A stretch of DNA of 58,648 nucleotides from IMG/VR virus record IMGVR_UViG_3300020287_000001, positions 1-58,648 of that record; one strand, written 5' to 3'. Of this stretch, positions 46,911 through 56,443 are shown in pieces. The position numbers and the translations under genes are program-made. The notes beneath the pieces were generated by a model, which ran no database searches, had not been told where the DNA came from, and saw only the letters and a list, made by a program, of their open reading frames with translations. The first letter of the stretch is position 1. Each line of letters opens with the position of its first letter. Origin of the DNA: a virus. Taxonomy: Duplodnaviria > Caudoviricetes.

Positions 46911-47816
46911 ATGGCTATATCAAGAGCACAACTAGCGAAAGAGCTAGAGCCCGGTCTAAACGCCTTATTTGGGCTTGAATACGACAGGTATGAAAACGAA
47001 CATGCTGAGATTTTTGAAGAAGAATCATCAGATAGAGCGTTTGAAGAAGAAGTGATGTTAGCAGGCTTCTCAACTGCACCAACTAAATCAGAAGGTGGAG
47101 CTGTGAGCTTTGACGATGCACAAGAAACATTTACCGCAAGATACACACATGAGACTATTGCCTTAGCTTTCTCAATCACAGAAGAAGCTATCGAAGATAA
47201 TCTTTATGACAGACTTGCGAGTAGATATACAAAAGCGTTAGCTAGATCAATGGCACAAACAAAGCAAATCAAAGCTGCTGCCATTTTGAATAATGCTTTC
47301 AGTACATCAAGTGCTATCGGCGATGGTGCTGCATTAGCGTCTGCTTCACACCCAACTATCAATGGTAACCAGAGCAACATCTTATCTGTGGCTTCTGACT
47401 TGAATGAGACATCATTAGAGCAGGCATTGATTGATATTGCAGGTTTCAAGGATGAAAGAGGCTTGAAGATCGCTGTAAGAGGCATGAAGTTAATAATTCC
47501 AAAAGAATTACAGTTTACTGCTGAAAGAGTGTTAAACAGTAATTTAAGAGTTGGAACTTCTGACAATGATGCGAACGCAATTAAGAACATGGGTATGCTA
47601 CCTGAAGGGGCAGTTGTAAACCATTTCTTAACTGACACAGATGCGTTCTTCATTAAGACAGATGCTCCAAACGGTTTTAAATACTTCAACCGTTCACCTA
47701 TCAAGACCGCGATGGAAGGCGACTTTGACACAGGTAACATGAGATTCAAAGCTAGAGAGAGATACAGCTTTGGTGTTTCAGACTGGAGATGTATATTTGC
47801 AACTCCGGGTGCATAA
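46911..47816 (+). CDS. Major capsid protein (Mu gpT-like, HK97 fold)
   Basis: MAISRAQL.KELEPGLNALFG...S.RAFEE...DFDTGN.RFKARERYSFG..DWR. Confidence 0.9.
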   Translation: MAISRAQLAKELEPGLNALFGLEYDRYENEHAEIFEEESSDRAFEEEVMLAGFSTAPTKSEGGAVSFDDAQETFTARYTHETIALAFSITEEAIEDNLYDRLASRYTKALARSMAQTKQIKAAAILNNAFSTSSAIGDGAALASASHPTINGNQSNILSVASDLNETSLEQALIDIAGFKDERGLKIAVRGMKLIIPKELQFTAERVLNSNLRVGTSDNDANAIKNMGMLPEGAVVNHFLTDTDAFFIKTDAPNGFKYFNRSPIKTAMEGDFDTGNMRFKARERYSFGVSDWRCIFATPGA

Positions 47817-47835
47817 ACAACTTTGCATTTAGCAT

Positions 47836-47871
47836 AAAACGAGGACAGTGCTTGCTGTCCTCGTTTTTTTT
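47836..47871 (+). terminator. Intrinsic terminator after MCP, overlapping TTGCTG-17-TATACT promoter
   Basis: AAAACGAGGACAG / CTGTCCTCGTTTT plus T tract. Confidence 0.85.
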
Positions 47872-47935
47872 ATGTATACTAAAACCACCTTGACAGAGAA
47901 TTAACTCTGACATTTGCCAAGACAAGGAGATTGAT

Positions 47936-48442
47936 ATGGCTAATACAACTTTTTCAGGTCCTATAAGATCAGAAAGCACCATTAAAACTATAAGTAAAAA
48001 CGCATCCACTGGAGCAATTACAGAAGTTATTACTATGGGTGATGCACCCGTTGCATTAGGTGATGAGGATAAAACTCTTGATAACGCAACACATAGCGGA
48101 AGAGTACTTGCAGTTCCAGCACTAGCGTCTAATAGAACAATAACATTGCCAGCGCCAGTTGCAGGAGCTTCTTTTAAATTTATCTACGCAGGTGCAGCGG
48201 AGGAAGCAGAAAATTTAATTATTGTTACTCCGGGCAACTCTAATTTTTTCTTAGGTAACGTACAGCATTTAGACACAAACGCAGACAATGTGAGTGTTTA
48301 TGCAAATGGAAGTAGTAATTCAAAATTAACCTTAACTGATTTTGGTAGCATGGAAATAAATATAGTAGGTAAAGATAGCACAAACTACTACATTTGGGGT
48401 AACGTAGTTTCTGAAGACGCTCCAGCTTTTGCTGACCAATAA
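47936..48442 (+). CDS. Virion structural protein (hypothetical)
   Basis: MANTTFSGP.RS N-terminus; RBS AAGGAG. Confidence 0.75.
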   Translation: MANTTFSGPIRSESTIKTISKNASTGAITEVITMGDAPVALGDEDKTLDNATHSGRVLAVPALASNRTITLPAPVAGASFKFIYAGAAEEAENLIIVTPGNSNFFLGNVQHLDTNADNVSVYANGSSNSKLTLTDFGSMEINIVGKDSTNYYIWGNVVSEDAPAFADQ

Positions 48443-48454
48443 TAGGAGGCTTAA

Positions 48455-48727
48455 ATGGCAGGTTCTGACGTAAGAACGAAACGGATTACTGGCACGGGTT
48501 CGCTCGCTGTTGGTCCCGCCCGTATTAGACAGATACAGCTCAAAACGGCATCAGGCACTCCAAGACTAACCGTTACAGATGGTAGCGGAGGTGCTACGGT
48601 CTTAGATTTAGATTTTAATGCTTCTGATACACACTCTGTTAACATCCCTGCTGAAGGGATTAAAGTTAGCGATATATTTGTTGGAACATTAACAAATATA
48701 ACAGCTGTAACTTTTTTCTTTAACTAG
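48455..48727 (+). CDS. Small virion protein (hypothetical)
   Basis: RBS AGGAGG; IP.EGI motif. Confidence 0.75.
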   Translation: MAGSDVRTKRITGTGSLAVGPARIRQIQLKTASGTPRLTVTDGSGGATVLDLDFNASDTHSVNIPAEGIKVSDIFVGTLTNITAVTFFFN

Positions 48728-48734
48728 GTGATCC

Positions 48735-49019
48735 GTGTCTAGGCGTAAATCAAAAATGCCGCCGCGCAACAAAAAAAACTTCCGCCCTACTAAATCTGGG
48801 GCGGGAATGACTGAAGCTGGAGTTAAAGCATATCGTCGTGCTAACCCCGGTAGTAAACTTAAAACTGCTGTTACAGGCAAAGTTAAAAAAGGCAGTAAAG
48901 ATGCCAAGAGAAGAAAGTCTTTTTGTGCTAGGAGTGCCGGTCAAATGAAAAAGTTTCCAAAGGCCGCCGCTAATCCTAATAGTAGACTAAGACAGGCTAG
49001 AAAAAGGTGGAAGTGTTGA
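48735..49019 (+). CDS. Basic protein, DUF6321-like
   Basis: GMT.AGV.AYRR.NPGSKL...RRKSFCAR...SRL..AR.RW.C. Confidence 0.75.
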   Translation: MSRRKSKMPPRNKKNFRPTKSGAGMTEAGVKAYRRANPGSKLKTAVTGKVKKGSKDAKRRKSFCARSAGQMKKFPKAAANPNSRLRQARKRWKC

Positions 49020-49228
49020 TGGCTACTAAGAAAGAAAAAGACCTTTTGCATGAATTAGATAAGAGATTAGCTGTTTTAGAAGACACTATGGATCGTCTTG
49101 AAACTAATCATTTAAGTCATTTACAAAAACAGATAGACAAAATTGATGCTCGCATATGGGCTATAATATTAGGAGCTGTATTACAGCTTGTTGGTATAAT
49201 TTCAATATTTATAGGGATCAGTGATTAA
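49019..49228 (+). CDS. Coiled-coil plus C-terminal TM protein (XhlA-like)
   Basis: LAVLE......NHL.HLQ..I..ID..IW then hydrophobic helix. Confidence 0.65.
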   Translation: MATKKEKDLLHELDKRLAVLEDTMDRLETNHLSHLQKQIDKIDARIWAIILGAVLQLVGIISIFIGISD

Positions 49229-49380
49229 TGTCAGCACTTGGACTTAAAGCAAAACGCAAAATTAAAACAGTTGCAAATAAATTAAAAAAAGCATCTAAGG
49301 CTCACGCAGGTCAATCTAAAATATTATCAGGGTTGTTAAAAAATGGGAAACGGAAAAGATCCAAAAAAAGGAACGGGTAA
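49228..49380 (+). CDS. Small basic protein (50 aa, not in ORF track)
   Basis: TAATG coupling; LKKASKAHAGQSK. Confidence 0.65.
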   Translation: MSALGLKAKRKIKTVANKLKKASKAHAGQSKILSGLLKNGKRKRSKKRNG

Positions 49381-49630
49381 AAAGCCAAAGGGTTCTGGTA
49401 GACGTTTATATACGGATGAGAACCCTAAAGACACGGTGAGTATAAAGTTTGCAACTCCGGCAGATGCTAGGGCAACGGTAGCTAAAGTTAAAAAAATTAA
49501 AAAACCTTTTGCAAGAAAAATCCAAATCTTGACAGTTGGTGAACAAAGAGCCAAAGTTATGGGTAAAACAGAGGTTGCCAGTATATTTAAAAAAGGTAAA
49601 GAACAAATAAGGAAAGCGAGGCAAGCATGA
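49343..49630 (+). CDS. Basic hypothetical protein
   Basis: LYTDENPKDTV..KF.T..DA..T...QI.TV.EQRA. Confidence 0.75.
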   Translation: MGNGKDPKKGTGKKPKGSGRRLYTDENPKDTVSIKFATPADARATVAKVKKIKKPFARKIQILTVGEQRAKVMGKTEVASIFKKGKEQIRKARQA

Positions 49631-49848
49631 GATCAGCAGTTAGAACTGGACCCAAACCATCTAAGCCAAAGGTCACATACTTTAAAAAAGGTGGAGCGGC
49701 TAAAAGTAAGGGCAGTAAGATTTGTCCAGCAGGTAAAGCTTGGGCTAAAAGGACTTTTGATACATATCCATCAGCTTATGCAAACATGGCAGCATCAAAA
49801 TATTGTAAAGATCCAAACTATGCTAAAGGTGCAAAAGGTAAAAAATAA
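49627..49848 (+). CDS. Basic protein, DUF5872-like N-part
   Basis: AK..F..YPSAYAN....K; FKKGGAA. Confidence 0.7.
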   Translation: MRSAVRTGPKPSKPKVTYFKKGGAAKSKGSKICPAGKAWAKRTFDTYPSAYANMAASKYCKDPNYAKGAKGKK

Positions 49849-50228
49849 TGGGCGCTCTTAAAGACTGGGTAAAACAAGATTGGGTTCGTATAGGAACTGA
49901 TGGGAAAATCAAGGGAAAATGTGGGACATCAAAGGATAAAAAGAATCCTGACAGATGTTTACCTAGAGCAAAAGCAAATAGTTTAACACAATCACAGCGA
50001 GCCTCTACTGCTAGGAAAAAGAAAAAAGCAGGTGCAAAAGGCAAGACTGTGGTCGGAAACACACCAGCCGCAAAGGTCACAAAGATGAGCAGTGGTGGTC
50101 GTGTTCCAGAGACAAAGGCTAAACGTCCTTTTAAAGGTAAAACAGGCTCAGGGACAGTTGTAGCAAGAGGTTGTGGCGTTGTCATGGCAAATAGAAGAAA
50201 GAAAACAAAAGGCGCAGTTAGTGCATAA
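49848..50228 (+). CDS. Basic protein, DUF5872-like
   Basis: L..W....WV.I......CG......CLP; MSSGGRV. Confidence 0.7.
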   Translation: MGALKDWVKQDWVRIGTDGKIKGKCGTSKDKKNPDRCLPRAKANSLTQSQRASTARKKKKAGAKGKTVVGNTPAAKVTKMSSGGRVPETKAKRPFKGKTGSGTVVARGCGVVMANRRKKTKGAVSA

Positions 50229-50240
50229 AAGGAGAAAAAA

Positions 50241-50444
50241 ATGGCTATGAAGAAAAAAGGTTTTGCAAAAAAGAAACCAGTTAAAAAAATGAGGGCTGGT
50301 GGCGCAGCTGGCATGAAAAAGAAGGGTTATGCTAAGGGAGGTGCCGTTAAAAAGATGATGGGCGGCGGCGCAGCTGGCATGAAGAAAAAAGGTTTTGCTA
50401 AAGGCGGAGCTATCAAAAAAATGAGAAGAGGTGGTAGAGCTTAA
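50241..50444 (+). CDS. Lys/Gly/Met-rich protein built of xxGG repeats
   Basis: RBS AAGGAG; MRAGGAA, YAKGGAV, MMGGGAA, FAKGGAI, MRRGGRA. Confidence 0.8.
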   Translation: MAMKKKGFAKKKPVKKMRAGGAAGMKKKGYAKGGAVKKMMGGGAAGMKKKGFAKGGAIKKMRRGGRA

Positions 50445-50447
50445 TCT

Positions 50448-51116
50448 ATGCCTTACTTACAAAGCAACATCCCGCATTTTAAATGCTGGGTGCGAAGAGA
50501 ATATACTCACAACCATGAAAAACATCATGGTGACTACTTACATGCGATGGCTATTGCAGTGACGACTGTTCCTGACAGATGTTTAAGTTTTCAAATGATA
50601 TTTACTGGTTGTGAGTCAGACTTTGATGAAAGTCAAAACATCAACGGGGGCGCCATGTGGGCAAGGATGCCTATTACAGCTCTTGTTGCGGACACACCCT
50701 TGGAAGAGTGGCCAGAACCCATGCCTGTTCATTTAGTTCAACCTTGGGACTGTAGTTCACATCATCATTCTGTTATTAAGTATGATAGGACCAGTTCAAG
50801 TCCTTGGAAATGCAAGATAGACGGAGAGTTTTACACTGGGAAATATTTATTTACAGTTGATTACACGGAGTCAGACATAGCCGATGATCCGGCTCAACAT
50901 AAACAAAGTCATGTCATAGAATTAACTGATGCTGGTAAATGGACTGGAAATATAGTAGCATTACCTAATAACAGGGTTCGTGCAACAAGCCCTGCGTTAT
51001 GGGAAACAGGAGAAGGAGCCCCTGATTTTAAACCAAGTCAGTGGATTCATAACGCAGAATGTGATAATAGTTATATGGACCCAAAGGTGACGTTTAATAA
51101 TTTATACAAGGATTAG
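50448..51116 (+). CDS. Conserved hypothetical protein (His/Cys/Trp-rich)
   Basis: 222-aa globular-looking ORF; WDC, YLFT.D, HK..H, PNNR motifs. Confidence 0.75.
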   Translation: MPYLQSNIPHFKCWVRREYTHNHEKHHGDYLHAMAIAVTTVPDRCLSFQMIFTGCESDFDESQNINGGAMWARMPITALVADTPLEEWPEPMPVHLVQPWDCSSHHHSVIKYDRTSSSPWKCKIDGEFYTGKYLFTVDYTESDIADDPAQHKQSHVIELTDAGKWTGNIVALPNNRVRATSPALWETGEGAPDFKPSQWIHNAECDNSYMDPKVTFNNLYKD

Positions 51117-51118
51117 AT

Positions 51119-51787
51119 ATGGCAACTTCCTCATCAACCGATTTTGAATTAGACGTAGCAGAATATATTGAGGAAGCTTTTGAGAGGTGCGGCCTTGAAG
51201 TAAGAACAGGCTATGATCTGACAAGTGCCAGAAGATCTTTAAATATCATGTTAGCTGAGTGGGCTAACCGTGGTTTAAATCAATGGACTATTGAACAAAG
51301 AACTCAAACAGTTACAGCGGCAGACACAGAATATTCTTTAGGCACAGATGTCATAGATATATTGTCGGCGGTTGTTCGCAGAGACGGTACAGACTTTGCT
51401 ATCAGTAGAATAAGTCGTGATAGTTATCTTGCAATACCAAACAAAACAAGTACGGGAAGAACCACACAGTTTTTCCTAGACAGACAAATTACACCAAATT
51501 TAAAGATATGGCCTGCACCTGAAAACAGCACAGACGTTATACGATATGATGCGCTCACAAGAATACAAGATGCAGATGCTCCTGTTAATACTTTAGAAAT
51601 ACCTTTTAGGTTTTATCCATGTTTGACGGCTGGTTTAGCTTATTATTTATCTATGAAAAAAAATCCACAACTTACACAAATGTTAAAGGTTGTGTATGAA
51701 GAAGAGTTTGAAAGAGCAATGGGTGAGGACAGAGATAGATCCAGCTTTACGGTTACACCAGAATATCAGTATTTTAGGAGTAATTGA
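51119..51787 (+). CDS. Head-tail adaptor protein (putative)
   Basis: I.EAFER.G...ARRSLN....EWANRG.N.W; position after head module. Confidence 0.65.
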   Translation: MATSSSTDFELDVAEYIEEAFERCGLEVRTGYDLTSARRSLNIMLAEWANRGLNQWTIEQRTQTVTAADTEYSLGTDVIDILSAVVRRDGTDFAISRISRDSYLAIPNKTSTGRTTQFFLDRQITPNLKIWPAPENSTDVIRYDALTRIQDADAPVNTLEIPFRFYPCLTAGLAYYLSMKKNPQLTQMLKVVYEEEFERAMGEDRDRSSFTVTPEYQYFRSN

Positions 51788-52290
51788 TGGGTAGGTTTGC
51801 TACAGGTAAATTTGCAAAAGGCATATCAGATAGGTCTGGTATGGAATATAGACTTAGAGAAATGAAACTTGAATGGAATGGATCATTAGTTGGTCCAGAT
51901 GAATTTGAGAGAAAACACCCTCAGCTTGGTCCTTTTAATGTGCCTGTCGATGGACAAGCTGTAAGAAATGCAAGACCTGCAAGAACAGAGAACCCTGTTG
52001 AAAGACTTCTAAAACCAAATGCTTTTTTATCAGGATCTTCTGGATCAGCTGTAATAACAGTTACAGAAGCTAGTCATGGTAGAAGCACAAGTGATACTGT
52101 AAGGTTTAAGAAGGCAAAAGGTTTTGACGGATTTACTTCAGATGTTTTGAATAAAAATGACGGTTACTCAATAACAGTTGCTACCACAGATACATATACT
52201 TTTTCTGCATCAAGTGGTACAGCTACAACAGGAGGCGTGTCTGGAGGTGGCAATGATGCTACAGCTGGACCCGTTACGGTGACACCATGA
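51787..52290 (+). CDS. Hypothetical virion protein
   Basis: ISDRSG..Y...E..G..V...E.E.KHPQL. Confidence 0.7.
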   Translation: MGRFATGKFAKGISDRSGMEYRLREMKLEWNGSLVGPDEFERKHPQLGPFNVPVDGQAVRNARPARTENPVERLLKPNAFLSGSSGSAVITVTEASHGRSTSDTVRFKKAKGFDGFTSDVLNKNDGYSITVATTDTYTFSASSGTATTGGVSGGGNDATAGPVTVTP

Positions 52291-52934
52291 GCTTTACACT
52301 TGCTACCTTAAAAACAGCTATACAAGACTATACAGACAATAATGAAACTGTATTTGTTAATAACTTGAATAACTTTATAAAAGCAGCAGAAGAAAAAATA
52401 TTTAAAAGCGTAGATCTTGACCTTTTTAGAAAGAATGTGACGAGTGCATTTACATCGTCTGATGCTTTTTTATCAGTGCCCAGTGATTATCTGGCATCCT
52501 TTTCTTTACAAATAACCACAGCAGGTTCAGAAAGTTTTTTACTACAAAAAGATGTAAATTATTTAAGAGAGTATACACCAGCTGCTTCAACAACTGGATT
52601 ACCAAAATATTATGCTAGGTTTGATACAGATAATTTTATTGTAGCCCCTACACCAAACAGTAATTATGCTATTGAGCTTCATTATTATTACCGTCCGACT
52701 AGTTTGACGGCTGGATCTGATAGTGGTACTACTTGGATAAGTAATAACGCGCCTTTTGCTTTACTTTACGGATGTCTTGTAGAGGCTTATACTTTTATGA
52801 AAGGTGAACAAGATGTAGTACAAAACTACAATAATTTGTATCTACAGTACATGGAGCGACTAAAAGATCTAGGAGAGGCTAGAGAGAATACAGATGGGTA
52901 TAGAGTTGGTCTACCGTCAAGGCCGCGAACATAG
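52287..52934 (+). CDS. Head-tail connector / tail adaptor protein (putative)
   Basis: L.TAI.DY.....FI..AE..I; G.PKYYA; LLYG.L.EA..F.KG. Confidence 0.65.
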   Translation: MSFTLATLKTAIQDYTDNNETVFVNNLNNFIKAAEEKIFKSVDLDLFRKNVTSAFTSSDAFLSVPSDYLASFSLQITTAGSESFLLQKDVNYLREYTPAASTTGLPKYYARFDTDNFIVAPTPNSNYAIELHYYYRPTSLTAGSDSGTTWISNNAPFALLYGCLVEAYTFMKGEQDVVQNYNNLYLQYMERLKDLGEARENTDGYRVGLPSRPRT

Positions 52935-52943
52935 GAGTAAAAA

Positions 52944-53375
52944 ATGGCAACAGCAAACGCAGCAACCAATTATTTAGAAAGACGATTATTACATTTTATA
53001 TTTAAAAATAATTCCCTTAGTTTTTCTAGTCCGGGAGACAGTATTTATGTAGGGCTTGCAACCGCAGTAAGCGCAGCAGAAACTGGCTCTTTAACAGAAG
53101 CAACCTTTACAAACTATGCAAGACAGCAAGTAGGTGCTTCCAGTTGGACAACTATAGGATCTGATTCTACAGACACACAGACAGCAATAAACGCATCTAA
53201 TATTGAGTTTCCAGCCTCTGGCGGAACAAACAATACAATAACACATGTATTTATCGCAGACGCAGCTAGTAGTGGTAACATATTATTTGTTGGTGCATTA
53301 GATGCAAGTAAAGCGATAGCAAGTGGTGATATATTTAGAATTAATGCAGGTAACTTAACAATAGAGCTAAAATAA
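52944..53375 (+). CDS. Tail protein
   Basis: YLE..LL....Y.GL.T...E....YARQ...ITH..I.DA...GN.LF. Confidence 0.7.
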   Translation: MATANAATNYLERRLLHFIFKNNSLSFSSPGDSIYVGLATAVSAAETGSLTEATFTNYARQQVGASSWTTIGSDSTDTQTAINASNIEFPASGGTNNTITHVFIADAASSGNILFVGALDASKAIASGDIFRINAGNLTIELK

Positions 53376-54739
53376 TGGCATTAGTATTAAACGACAGAGT
53401 AAAAGAAACTACAACCACAACTGGTACTGGCACATTTACTTTAGCTGGTGCAGTCACAGGGTTTGAAACTTTTGGTGCTGGTGTTGGTAATTCTAATACA
53501 ACATACTATGCGGTTACTCTTCCGGGATCAGCAGAGTTTGAAGTTGGTTTAGGAACACTTAATAGTGACTCTTCAACACTAGCCAGAACAACAGTTATAA
53601 GCAGTTCAAATAGTGATAATGCAGTTAACTTTAGTTCTGGTACAAAAACAATATTTTGTACAATACCTGCATCTAAGTCAGTGTTTTTAGATGCCAATGG
53701 CAGTACACCGGGTGATTTATCTATCGGAGATGACTTAACAGTTTTAGGTGGTGTAATAGATTTTAAATCTAATAGTGGATCACCAGCATCTTTAAGAATG
53801 TATTGTGAGGTTTCAAATGCTCATTATCAAACATTACAACCACAACCACACTCTGCGGCTGCAGCAAACACATTAAGGTTACCTGATAGTGGAGATAGTG
53901 GCACTCAAGATTTGGTTGCTGTAGATATTACACAAACATTAACAAATAAAACTTTAACCACTCCTACAATTAACGGTGCGACCCTTGGGTCTGCTAATAT
54001 AGCTACAGCAAGTAATGGCGACATTAATCTTGCACCTAATGGAACTGGTAAAGTAGTTATCAAAGGTAATACTAATCAAGGTAAAATAGTATTAAATTGT
54101 GAAGCAAATAGTCATGGTCAAACTATTATAGCGGCACCACATTCGGAGAGTGCAAACAATGTTCTTACATTACCAAGCACTGGTGGTGATGCCAGACTAG
54201 TATCAACATCATCAACAGCTACTCTTACAAACAAAACGCTAACATCACCAAAGATTAATGAAGATGTAGCAGTAACATCAACTGCAACAGAAATAAATAT
54301 ACTTGATGGCGTAACTGCAACTACAGCAGAAATAAACTATAATGATACAGGAGCGGCAGTAGGAACAGTTGTGGCAAGCAAAGTTGTTACTGTAGATGCA
54401 AACAAAGATGTATCGTCTTTTAGAAATATTACATTAACAGGTGAGCTTGATGCAGGGTCGCTAGATATATCTGGAGATGCAGATATAGATGGCACATTAG
54501 AAGCAGATGCAATGACCCTGAATGGTACAGCAATAACAACAACTGCCACATTATCAACTGGTATATCTAATGGTAATGTATTAGTTGCAACAAGTGGTAT
54601 AGCAGATAATGATTTTTTAAGAGTTGATGGTACAAGTATAGAAGGCAGAAGTGCCTCTGAAGTATTGTCTGATTTAGGTGCAACAACTGCTTCGGCAGCA
54701 GCAGATGAGGCTACAGCTTTAGCAATAGCGTTAGGATAA
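53375..54739 (+). CDS. Tail fibre protein
   Basis: DRVKET.TT.GTG...EVG.GT; TLTNKTLT.P repeats; ALAIALG end. Confidence 0.8.
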   Translation: MALVLNDRVKETTTTTGTGTFTLAGAVTGFETFGAGVGNSNTTYYAVTLPGSAEFEVGLGTLNSDSSTLARTTVISSSNSDNAVNFSSGTKTIFCTIPASKSVFLDANGSTPGDLSIGDDLTVLGGVIDFKSNSGSPASLRMYCEVSNAHYQTLQPQPHSAAAANTLRLPDSGDSGTQDLVAVDITQTLTNKTLTTPTINGATLGSANIATASNGDINLAPNGTGKVVIKGNTNQGKIVLNCEANSHGQTIIAAPHSESANNVLTLPSTGGDARLVSTSSTATLTNKTLTSPKINEDVAVTSTATEINILDGVTATTAEINYNDTGAAVGTVVASKVVTVDANKDVSSFRNITLTGELDAGSLDISGDADIDGTLEADAMTLNGTAITTTATLSTGISNGNVLVATSGIADNDFLRVDGTSIEGRSASEVLSDLGATTASAAADEATALAIALG

Positions 54740-54743
54740 TAAC

Positions 54744-55100
54744 ATGGCAAATACATTCAAAGTAATTACAAGAGATGTTGCTCCAGCCACTGCTGGAGTG
54801 CCAGAAACTCTTTATACAGTTCAAACTGGTAGCACAATTATTGTATTAGGATTGACACTGGCTAATGTACATACAGCACAAGTTACTGGAACAGTGCAAC
54901 TTGTAAGTACAACAACACAGACATCTCAAACACAAAATACCACGGCTCACATAGTGAAGGACATACCAGTGCCAGTTGGGTCATCAGTAGAGATCATGTC
55001 GGGAAATAAGATAGTTTTGAATGTAGGAGATATAGTAAAGATAGATTGTTCTGTTGCAGATAAACTATCAGTGACCATGAGTTACATGGAGATCACATAA
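54744..55100 (+). CDS. Tail-associated hypothetical protein
   Basis: MANTFK...YTV...GL.LAN...GNKIVL. Confidence 0.7.
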   Translation: MANTFKVITRDVAPATAGVPETLYTVQTGSTIIVLGLTLANVHTAQVTGTVQLVSTTTQTSQTQNTTAHIVKDIPVPVGSSVEIMSGNKIVLNVGDIVKIDCSVADKLSVTMSYMEIT

Positions 55101-56152
55101 TGCCCTATCTAGGTAATACAGCAGGTAATAGGTTTGTAGCAAGTAAAGCAGCCACACAGTTCTCTGGTGATGGTTCTACAACTGAATTTACACTAGAACA
55201 CTCAGTAGGGTCTGATGAAGACATACTTGTATCTGTGGATGGCGTTATACAAGAGCCTTCTGTAGCATACGCAGTAAGCAATGGAACTACACTTACATTT
55301 ACTGCTGCACCATCAAATAACTCTGGTAACAACATCTTTGTGTATTATTTGTTTAGAACAGTGGGTACAGTAAGTCATCCAAATAATGGTGCGTTAAGTG
55401 CATCAACAGGTACGTTTACTGGTGATGTAACTGTAGATACAGATACATTAAAAGTAGATACTGCCAATGACAGTGTTGGAATTAATACTGCTACCCCTAG
55501 TGGATATTATGCCACAGACTTAGTCGTAGGAGCAGGAGATAATGGTGGAGTTACCATAGCAAACACAAACACCACTCATGCAAGTGGTATATTTTTTGCT
55601 GATGGCACTGGAACTTCTGCTTATAGAGGTCAAATGGTTTATGACCACAATGATGATTCATTTGGTATATGGACTGCCGCAACTAATGCTATGAAAATTG
55701 ACTCTAGTGGTCGCATGACTAAACCACTTCAACCTCATTTTCAAGTTAGAAGTAGTGCTGGAAACCAAACTAATACATGGGAGGCTGGGCAAGTTATAAA
55801 ATTTCAAACAGTAGGTGTAAATCAAGGTAGTCATTACAGCACTACTACTGGTAGATTTACTGCCCCAGTAGCTGGATTTTATCAATTTAATTTTGTTGGT
55901 TTTGGATATGTACAAGCGACAGGTGCTGTAGGTACTACTACTGCATCAGTAAACCTTAATGTAAATGGATCAAATTATATAATGGTTGCGTATGAAAATA
56001 ATGCAAATGGTAATACTTATCCACATCTTTCTGGTTCTTCTGCTATTTATCTTAATGCAAATGATTACGCTCAAATTTATGTGCAAAGTGGGGGAGTGTA
56101 TGCAGATACCTCAAATCTTTATACGGCTTTTTCAGGGTTTTTAGTAGCTTAA
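55100..56152 (+). CDS. Tail fibre with C-terminal C1q/TNF-like domain
   Basis: MPYLG..F.GDGSTT.FTL N-module; TGRFTAPVAG.Y.F...FSGFLV C1q pattern. Confidence 0.8.
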   Translation: MPYLGNTAGNRFVASKAATQFSGDGSTTEFTLEHSVGSDEDILVSVDGVIQEPSVAYAVSNGTTLTFTAAPSNNSGNNIFVYYLFRTVGTVSHPNNGALSASTGTFTGDVTVDTDTLKVDTANDSVGINTATPSGYYATDLVVGAGDNGGVTIANTNTTHASGIFFADGTGTSAYRGQMVYDHNDDSFGIWTAATNAMKIDSSGRMTKPLQPHFQVRSSAGNQTNTWEAGQVIKFQTVGVNQGSHYSTTTGRFTAPVAGFYQFNFVGFGYVQATGAVGTTTASVNLNVNGSNYIMVAYENNANGNTYPHLSGSSAIYLNANDYAQIYVQSGGVYADTSNLYTAFSGFLVA

Positions 56153-56167
56153 TTAGGAGAAAAATGA

Positions 56168-56440
56168 ATGGCAGATATTACAATTAAATTAACAGACACT
56201 CAAAAAAAATGTCTAGAGTATTCAGCTTATTCAGTTCAAGATTGGTGTGATAATGCAATACACAATCGAGCTAGAGTAGCTCAAGAAGAAATTATTGCAA
56301 AATTAGTTGCACATTGTAATGAAAATTCTATTGCATTAGCTGTTGGTACTGATGCACAAGTAACACAAGCATACACTTTAAAAGTTGTGGATACTGCAAA
56401 AAATGTTGAAGATAATAGATCTAAAGGTATCGGAGAGTAA
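56168..56440 (+). CDS. Small tail-associated hypothetical protein
   Basis: RBS AGGAG; follows C1q fibre. Confidence 0.7.
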   Translation: MADITIKLTDTQKKCLEYSAYSVQDWCDNAIHNRARVAQEEIIAKLVAHCNENSIALAVGTDAQVTQAYTLKVVDTAKNVEDNRSKGIGE

Positions 56441-56443
56441 ATA

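Noticed and set aside
47204-47749. 181-aa minus-strand ORF
   Set aside because: Antisense to the major capsid gene; codon-bias shadow
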